From contig CAVPSB010000013.1 of assembly GCA_963708025.1 (NCBI GenBank), positions 32,001 to 96,000 on the forward strand: 64,000 nt of DNA. Reading direction: 5' to 3'. This stretch comes from an uncultured Candidatus Rokubacteria bacterium (GTDB taxonomy: Bacteria > Methylomirabilota > Methylomirabilia > Rokubacteriales > DASRDR01). This document shows, one piece after another, positions 58,485-64,000 of the stretch (within the stretch, counting starts at the first letter, position 1; each line of letters opens with the position of its first letter). Below the pieces are notes generated by a model. It ran no database searches and had not been told where the DNA came from. It was given only the letters and a program-made list of their open reading frames with translations. A program made the position numbers and the translations under genes.

Positions 58485-59132
58485 TTACGAGGCTCCCGGG
58501 CGGGCCCGCGGGGCGGTCTCCTCCTGCGCCTTGATCACCGCGTCGGCGAGCGCGACGAGCGACACCCGGCGGTCCATGGCGGTCTTCTGCAGGACTCGGA
58601 AGGCCTCCGCCTCCGTGACCCCGAGGCGGGTCATGAGGAGTCCCTTGGCCCGCTCGATGCGCTTCCGCTCCGCCAGCGCCTGGCGGAGCGACGCCGCCTC
58701 GCGGCTGGCCTCGTCGATCTCGGCGAAGCGCGCGATCGCCAGCTCGATGGCCGGCTCCAGCTCCTCGGGCCGGAGCGGCTTGAGGAGGTACGCCATGGCC
58801 CCCGAGCTGCGCGCTCGCCGCGCGACGTCGGCCCCGGCCCGGCTGGTCAGCAGCACGATGGGACACGGCGCGCGCCGCATGATCTCGGCCGCCACCTCCA
58901 CCCCATCCCGATCCGGCAGCCCGACGGCCAGCACGACGTCGTCGGGGCGGAGGCCCTCGACCAGCTCGATGCCGGCCGCGGCGGTGTCCGCCTCGGCGAT
59001 GACCGCGCCCCCCAGGGACGCCACCGTCTTCACCACCAGCGCACGCGACCGCGCGTGGTCGTCGATGACGGCGATCCGCCACCGGACGCCGGGCTGCCGG
59101 ACGCCCCCCCGCTTCGGCATCACGGTCTGCAT
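58485..59132 (-). CDS. ANTAR-domain regulator with atypical receiver (NasT/AmiR-like)
   Basis: IAVIDD, YLLKP; ERKRIERAKGLLM..EAEAF..LQKTAMD; phosphoacceptor position is Ala (VVLAVGLP). Confidence 0.9.
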   Translation of the reverse strand: MQTVMPKRGGVRQPGVRWRIAVIDDHARSRALVVKTVASLGGAVIAEADTAAAGIELVEGLRPDDVVLAVGLPDRDGVEVAAEIMRRAPCPIVLLTSRAGADVARRARSSGAMAYLLKPLRPEELEPAIELAIARFAEIDEASREAASLRQALAERKRIERAKGLLMTRLGVTEAEAFRVLQKTAMDRRVSLVALADAVIKAQEETAPRARPGAS

Positions 59133-59275
59133 CTGTTCTCCACGTAGGCGAACCACGTGATCTCCTCCCACAGCGTCTTCGGCTTCTCCTCTGTCTTCTT
59201 CTCCTGGGCGGCGGCGATCCCCACCGCCGCCAGCACCAGCGCCAGCCGGGCCATCCACCGTCCCCGTCGCCGCAT
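59120..59275 (-). pseudogene. Truncated secreted protein (outer-membrane porin-like N-terminus)
   Basis: GGAGGA RBS; signal peptide AAA|QEKK then KTLWEEITWFAYVEN; stops abruptly at the ANTAR gene start. Confidence 0.55.
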
Positions 59276-59354
59276 GAGTCCTCCGGCTGTGGTGAACGTG
59301 ATGAGCCGCTTGCCGCTCATCGGCTCTGCTCGGCCGCCATCCCGCCGACCCGGC

Positions 59355-59388
59355 AAAAGAAAAACGGCGCCACCCGGGTGGCGCCGTT
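59355..59388 (-). terminator. Intrinsic terminator in the 5' leader (attenuator)
   Basis: Sense AACGGCGCCACC-CG-GGTGGCGCCGTT followed by TTTCTTTT. Confidence 0.82.
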
Positions 59389-59418
59389 GCCACGACCTTC
59401 CGCGACGTCGGCGTCGCG
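59380..59418 (-). promoter_or_regulatory. Putative ANTAR-binding twin-hairpin RNA
   Basis: P2 GGC-AACGGC-GCC (loop A1/G4) overlaps the terminator 5' arm; P1 CGCGAC-GCCGAC-GTCGCG (G4 kept, A1 not). Confidence 0.68.
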
Positions 59419-59435
59419 CGCTCGCCGGTCACCGG

Positions 59436-59451
59436 TGCAACGGTCGTGCCC
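59436..59451 (-). promoter_or_regulatory. Sigma54 (-24/-12) promoter
   Basis: GGGCACG-ACCG-TTGCA versus consensus TGGCACG-N4-TTGC. Confidence 0.72.
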
Positions 59452-59524
59452 GCAACCGCCCGGACGTAACCGTGCGACGGTGTGGACGCGCGCGCCCGCC
59501 TGGCCCCGCGCGGCGCTCGGGACG

Positions 59525-59562
59525 TGCCGCATTCGTGGGCAGCCCTGCCCACGGCCTGGGCA
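59525..59562. promoter_or_regulatory. Two tandem NtrC-type enhancer sites
   Basis: TGCCGCATTCGTGGGCA (59525-41) and TGCCCACGGCCTGGGCA (59546-62); both TGC-N11-GCA, 21 bp apart. Confidence 0.6.
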
Positions 59563-59623
59563 GCGCGCCCGTACCGTCCCGGCCATTGCGACCGCAAAAC
59601 CGCTTCGGCTACGATGGGGCGCC

Positions 59624-60631
59624 GTGCGCTTCAGTGTTCGGGTCAACAACGACTTGACGCTCGCCGAGCACGTCGCGCTGGCGCGGACGGCCGAGGCGGC
59701 CGGGTTCGATCAGTTCTGGGTGAGCGACGACCTCTTCTTCCGGAGCGCGCCGGTCATCGTCTCCGCCATCGTCACCGCGACCCAACGGATCGAGGTCGGC
59801 ACCGGCATCCTCAACCCGTACACGATCCATCCCGCCGAGCTGGCGATGCTGGCCGCCACCCTCGACGAGCTGAGCGGCGGTCGCTTCAACCTCGGCCTCG
59901 CCGCCGGCGCTCCCAGCTTCCTGGCCTGGGTGGGCCTGGCCCAGGAGCGCCCGCTGGCGGCCGTGCGCGAGACGATCGAGGCGGTGCGCGGGCTCCTGGC
60001 CGGCGAGCGGGTGCCCCGGCAGGGCCGGTTCCTGCGCTGGACCGGCGACGCCTACCTGCGGTTCCAGGCGCCGCGGCGCACGCCGATCTACGTCGGCGCG
60101 ATGAGCCCGAACATGCTGCGCCTGGCCGGTGAGGCGGGGGACGGCGCGCTGCCGCTCCTGATGCCGCCCGAGCACTACTTCGGCGTGCGGCCGTACCTGG
60201 AGGCGGGAGCGCAGCGCCGGGACCCCGGACTGGGACCGCTCGATCTGGCCGCCTGTGTGTGGGTCTCCCTCGACGAGGACCCCGCCGCGGCGCGGCGGGC
60301 CCTGGCCGAGAAGGTCGCCTACTACGGCCACGCGCTGGGCCCGCTCATCCTGGAGCGCCTCGGGCTGACCGCGGAGGACTTCGCCCCGGTGACGCGGGCC
60401 ATGATCCACGAGCGGGACGTGGACCGGGCGTGCCGCCTCGTGGACGAGCGCATGCTCCGGATCGGCGTCGTGGGCGGGCCGGCGGAGGTCATCGCCCGCC
60501 TGGAGCCCCTGGTGGAGGCCGGGGTCCGGCACCTCTCCTTCGGTCCCCCGCTGGGGCCGGATCCGCGGCGCGCGGTGGAGCTGCTGGGACGGACCGTGCT
60601 GCCTCACTTCCGGTCCCGGACGCGCGATTGA
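59624..60631 (+). CDS. LLM-class flavin/F420-dependent oxidoreductase
   Basis: AEAAGFD.FW, GTGILNP..HP, LDELSGGRF.LG, PIYVGAMSP.ML.LAG..GDG. Confidence 0.9.
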   Translation: MRFSVRVNNDLTLAEHVALARTAEAAGFDQFWVSDDLFFRSAPVIVSAIVTATQRIEVGTGILNPYTIHPAELAMLAATLDELSGGRFNLGLAAGAPSFLAWVGLAQERPLAAVRETIEAVRGLLAGERVPRQGRFLRWTGDAYLRFQAPRRTPIYVGAMSPNMLRLAGEAGDGALPLLMPPEHYFGVRPYLEAGAQRRDPGLGPLDLAACVWVSLDEDPAAARRALAEKVAYYGHALGPLILERLGLTAEDFAPVTRAMIHERDVDRACRLVDERMLRIGVVGGPAEVIARLEPLVEAGVRHLSFGPPLGPDPRRAVELLGRTVLPHFRSRTRD

Positions 60632-60681
60632 GAGCGCGGGAAGGAAGGGGGGCGCCGGGCGGTGGGCCGGAGGTCCCGAAC
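60629..60681 (+). repeat. Repeat family A, internally deleted copy from the LLM TGA to the livG GTG
   Basis: TGAGAGCGCGGGAAGGAAGGGG...GGTGGGCCGGAGGTCCCGAAC|GTG; both ends retained. Confidence 0.8.
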
Positions 60682-61442
60682 GTGCTCGAGGTCCGCAACC
60701 TGGCCAAGTCCTTCGGCAGCCTCGCCGCGCTCGACGACGTCACGTTCGGCGTCGGCGCCCGCACCATCACCGGGCTGATCGGGCCCAACGGCGCCGGCAA
60801 GACCACGCTGTTCGACACGGTGGCCGGGATGCAGCGCGCCGATCGCGGCGAGATCCGCCTCCGGGGCGAGCGCATCGACGGCGAGCGCCCGGACCGGATC
60901 TTCCGGCGCGGGCTGGCCCGCACCTTTCAGATCCCGCGCCCGTTCGGCGGCATGACGGTGCTGGAGAACGTGATGCTGGCGCCGGGCGGCCAGGCCGGCG
61001 AGCGCTTCTGGAACAGCTGGATCCGGTATCAGCCGGGTGGCCCGCGAGGAGCACGCCATCCGCCGGCGCGCGCTGGAGCTGCTGCGGTTCTGCGAGCTGG
61101 ACGGTCAGGCCGGCGCGCTGGCGCGGACGCTCTCGGGGGGCCAGCAGAAGCTCCTGGAGCTGGCCCGCGTCCTCATGGCGGACGCCGAGCCTGATCCTGC
61201 TCGACGAGCCGGCGGCCGGGGTGAACCCGGCGCTGATGGGGACCCTGGTCGAGAAGATCCGCGAGCTCCACCGGAGCGGGATCACGTTCCTGGTCATCGA
61301 GCACAACATGGACCTGGTGATGTCGATCTGCCACCCGATCGTCGTGATGGCCCGCGGGCGGATCATCTATCAGGGCGACGCCGCCGGCGCCCGCGCCGAT
61401 CCCCAGGTGCTCGACGCGTACCTGGGCGACGTCCCGGGGTGA
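60682..61442 (+). CDS. Branched-chain ABC ATPase (LivG family); frameshifts near 61030 and 61190
   Basis: GPNGAGKTT, ARTFQ, LSGGQQKLLE, LLDEPAAGVNP, IEHNM, AYLG across three frames. Confidence 0.85.
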
Positions 61443-61449
61443 CGGGCCC

Positions 61450-62163
61450 GTGCTCGAAGCCGAGAGCCTCGTCGCCGGCTACGTGCCCGGCCTGCCGATC
61501 CTGCACGGCGTCTCCCTCCGGGTGGCGGCCGGCGAGATCGTCTGCGTCATCGGGCCGAACGGCGCCGGCAAGTCGACGCTGGTCAAGGCCATCGCGGGCC
61601 TGATCCCCGTCGAGGCCGGCTCGGTGCGCCTCGGCGACCGGGACATCACCGGCGTGGCCACCCACGAGCTGGCGGGCGCCGGCGTCGGCTATGTCCCCCA
61701 GACGGCCAACGTCTTCACCACGCTCACCGTCCACGAGAACCTGCTCGTGGCCGGGCACCGGCTGGGACCCGACCGCGCGGGACGGATCGAGCGCGTGTAC
61801 GGGCTCTTCCCCGACCTGGCCGCCCGCCGCCGGGACCGCGGCCGGGTGCTGTCCGGCGGACAGCGCCAGCTCCTCGCGCTCGCGCGCGCCCTGGTGATCG
61901 AGCCGGTGGCGATGATGCTCGACGAGGCGACGGCCGGGCTGGCCCCGCGCGCGGCGGCCGACGTGTTCGCCCGCATGCGGGAGCTGGCCGGCCAGGGCGT
62001 GGCGATCCTGATGGTGGAGCAGAACGCCCGGGCCGCCCTCTCCGTCTCCGATCGGGGCTACGTCCTCACCGAGGGCCGGAACCGGCTGAGCGGGGCGGCG
62101 CGCGACCTACTGGCCGATCCCGCGATCGGCGAGATCTACCTGGGCGGCGGGCGCAGTCGATGA
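61450..62163 (+). CDS. Branched-chain ABC ATPase (LivF family)
   Basis: GPNGAGKST, LSGGQRQ, LDEATAGLAP, VEQNA. Confidence 0.92.
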   Translation: MLEAESLVAGYVPGLPILHGVSLRVAAGEIVCVIGPNGAGKSTLVKAIAGLIPVEAGSVRLGDRDITGVATHELAGAGVGYVPQTANVFTTLTVHENLLVAGHRLGPDRAGRIERVYGLFPDLAARRRDRGRVLSGGQRQLLALARALVIEPVAMMLDEATAGLAPRAAADVFARMRELAGQGVAILMVEQNARAALSVSDRGYVLTEGRNRLSGAARDLLADPAIGEIYLGGGRSR

Positions 62164-63056
62164 TCGGGCAGCTGGTGGCCGACGGCCTCTCCGCCGGCGC
62201 GATCCTCGCGCTGGCGGCGGTCGGGCTCAGCCTCGGCATGCAGATCCTCCGCTTCGCCAACTTTGCCCACGCGGAGTTCGCGACCTGGGGGGCGTACCTG
62301 GCGCTCACCTTCGTGTGGCTCGGCGCCGGCGCCGCCCCCATCGCGCCCTTCTCGTTCGGCTGGCCGCTGCTGGTCGCCATGGTCCTGGCCGGCGCCGGCA
62401 CCGCCGCCCTGGCGCTCCTCACCGACCGCCTGATGTTCCGCCCGCTGCGCGCCCGGGGCGCGGCGCCGGTCACGCTGATCTTCGCCTCGTTCGGCGTCGC
62501 GCTGGTGCTCCGCAACCTGCTGCTCCTGGCGTGGGGGCCGCACGCGCACTACTACAGCCGGGAGCTGCCGATGGCGGTGGAGGTCCTGCCCGGCGTGCGG
62601 CTCCTGCCCGACCAGGTCCTCGTCCTCGGGCTCGCCGTCCTGCTGGTCCTCGCTCTCCACGGATTTCTCCGGTACACGCGGCTCGGGCTGGCCATGCGGG
62701 CCACCGCCGAGAGCCCGACGCTCGCCCGCGTGAGCGGGATCGAGGTGGAGGGCGTCATCCGCTGGACCTTCGGCCTGGCCGGCGCCCTCGCCGCCATGGG
62801 CGGCGTCTTCTTCGGCGTGACGGTCCAGATCCGACCCGAGATGGGCTTCTCCCTGCTGCTGCCGATCTTCGCGGCGGCGATCCTCGGCGGCATGGAGAGC
62901 CTGGTGGGGGCGGTGGTCGGCGGCCTGGTGGTCGGGCTCGCCGAGAGCCTCTCCCTCCTCGTCGTCCCGCCCGGCTACAAGCCCGCCGTGCCGTTCGTGC
63001 TCCTGATCGTGATCCTGTTCTTCAAACCGACGGGTCTGTTCGGCCGCGCGCGCTGA
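62160..63056 (+). CDS. Branched-chain ABC permease (LivH family)
   Basis: FANFAHA, TRLGLAMRA, FAAAILGG, KPTGLFG. Confidence 0.92.
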   Translation: MIGQLVADGLSAGAILALAAVGLSLGMQILRFANFAHAEFATWGAYLALTFVWLGAGAAPIAPFSFGWPLLVAMVLAGAGTAALALLTDRLMFRPLRARGAAPVTLIFASFGVALVLRNLLLLAWGPHAHYYSRELPMAVEVLPGVRLLPDQVLVLGLAVLLVLALHGFLRYTRLGLAMRATAESPTLARVSGIEVEGVIRWTFGLAGALAAMGGVFFGVTVQIRPEMGFSLLLPIFAAAILGGMESLVGAVVGGLVVGLAESLSLLVVPPGYKPAVPFVLLIVILFFKPTGLFGRAR

Positions 63057-63086
63057 CGGGCCCGCCACCTGGAAAGGACGACCTCC

Positions 63087-63575
63087 ATGGCGAGAACGCT
63101 CATCTCCACCGGCACCCGGTTCGAGACGCTGGCCAGCTACTCCCGGGCCGTCGTCAACGGCGACATGATCTACATGGCAGGGAGCGTGGGGTACGACTAC
63201 GCGACGGGACGGATCCCCCCGGACGCCGTCGAGCAGACGGAGCAGATCTTCCGCAACGTCGTGGCGGTCCTTCGCGAGGTCCGGGCCACGCTGGCCGACG
63301 TCCTTCGCCTCCGGGTTTTCCTGGCCGACCGCGCCGACCTGATCCCGGTGTGCGAGGTCATCGGGCGGCACTTCCGGGACATCCGGCCGGCCAACACCAC
63401 GGTCGTCACCTCGCTCGCCACCGAGGAGATGAAGGTGGAGATCGAGTTCACCGCCCGCCGGGGCTCGGCCCGGATCGCGCGGTCCCGGGCCCTGGGCGAC
63501 ACCGCGCGGGCCAGACGGCCCGCCGGCGGAGGCCGGCCCGGACCCCGGCGTTCGGGACCGCGGCGCGGGAAATAG
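63087..63575 (+). CDS. RidA/YjgF family protein with basic C-terminal tail
   Basis: FETLASYSRAV, MAGS, FRDIRPANT, VEIE. Confidence 0.88.
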   Translation: MARTLISTGTRFETLASYSRAVVNGDMIYMAGSVGYDYATGRIPPDAVEQTEQIFRNVVAVLREVRATLADVLRLRVFLADRADLIPVCEVIGRHFRDIRPANTTVVTSLATEEMKVEIEFTARRGSARIARSRALGDTARARRPAGGGRPGPRRSGPRRGK

Positions 63576-63650
63576 GGGATGGTTCCGGCTCCCCCCTCCC
63601 CCCAGTGGGTGGGGGAGGGGGGCTGGGGGGGTGGGCGGGAGGTCCCGAAC
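63560..63650 (+). repeat. Repeat family A copy ending directly at the livM ATG
   Basis: CCGGCTCCCCCCTCCCCCCAGTGGGTGGGGGAGGGGGG..GGGCGGGAGGTCCCGAAC|ATG. Confidence 0.9.
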
Positions 63651-64000
63651 ATGCCGAACATGCTGGGTCTGGTCTCCTACGCGGTCTTCTTCTTCATCAT
63701 CGTCCTGGTGTTCGCGATCGCGGCGCTGGGGCTCAACCTCCAGTGGGGATCCACCGGCCTGTTCAACGCCGGCGTCGTCGGCTTCTTCGCCGTCGGCGGC
63801 TACGCGCTGGCCATCCTGACCGGCCCCGATCGCCCGGAGCTCATCGGGGGCTTCGGCCTTCCATTCGTCGTCGGGCTGGCCGGGGCCATGGCCGCCTCCG
63901 CCCTGGCGGCGCTGGTCGTGGGCCTCGCGACCATCCGGCTCCGCGAGGACTACCTCGCCATCGCCACCTTCGGGACCGCGGTGACGATCCAGCTCGTCGC
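63651..64000 (+). CDS. Branched-chain ABC permease (LivM family), partial
   Basis: ALGLNLQWGSTGLFNAG..FFAVGGY, RLREDYLAIAT; runs off the window. Confidence 0.9.
   Translation, partial: MPNMLGLVSYAVFFFIIVLVFAIAALGLNLQWGSTGLFNAGVVGFFAVGGYALAILTGPDRPELIGGFGLPFVVGLAGAMAASALAALVVGLATIRLREDYLAIATFGTAVTIQLV

Noticed and set aside
1-64000. tRNA, rRNA, prophage or intact transposase genes
   Set aside because: None recognisable by eye; tRNAscan/Infernal were not run

Overview
Very GC-rich bacterial DNA. The gene content (many peptide and branched-chain ABC transporters, STAND-type class III cyclases, hydantoinase/oxoprolinase, type III PKS) resembles Candidatus Rokubacteria/Methylomirabilota; this is an inference, not a marker-gene assignment. 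About 14 single-base frameshifts in otherwise intact genes suggest an imperfectly polished long-read assembly. Contents: a peptide ABC operon, thiolase/OB-fold pair, LigB-like/hydantoinase/phosphoesterase operon, Pal/OmpA envelope operon, type III PKS cluster, histidine kinase, rtcA remnant, gnd, an ~13 kb trehalose/glycogen cluster, two branched-chain-type ABC operons, a collagen-like protein, CoA ligase, ferritin-VIT1 protein, ECF sigma/anti-sigma pair, two cyclases, an ANTAR regulator and an LLM oxidoreductase. Three things stand out. (1) An ~90-150 bp G/C-rich repeat with 11 full or partial copies, all in the sense orientation and most at or near a stop codon. It supplies Shine-Dalgarno sites, start codons and peptide ends, and carries a nested 20-bp hairpin module. 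At least two more stop-codon-associated repeat/MITE families are present. (2) Back-to-back TGAAAC-N16-CGTA ECF promoters link a zinc-finger/bactofilin-like anti-sigma system to an ICMT-family gene and an unusual nucleotide cyclase-ICMT/PEMT fusion. (3) An apparently intact NtrC-site / sigma54 / ANTAR hairpin-terminator leader now drives only a truncated porin-like ORF and a pseudo-receiver ANTAR protein.
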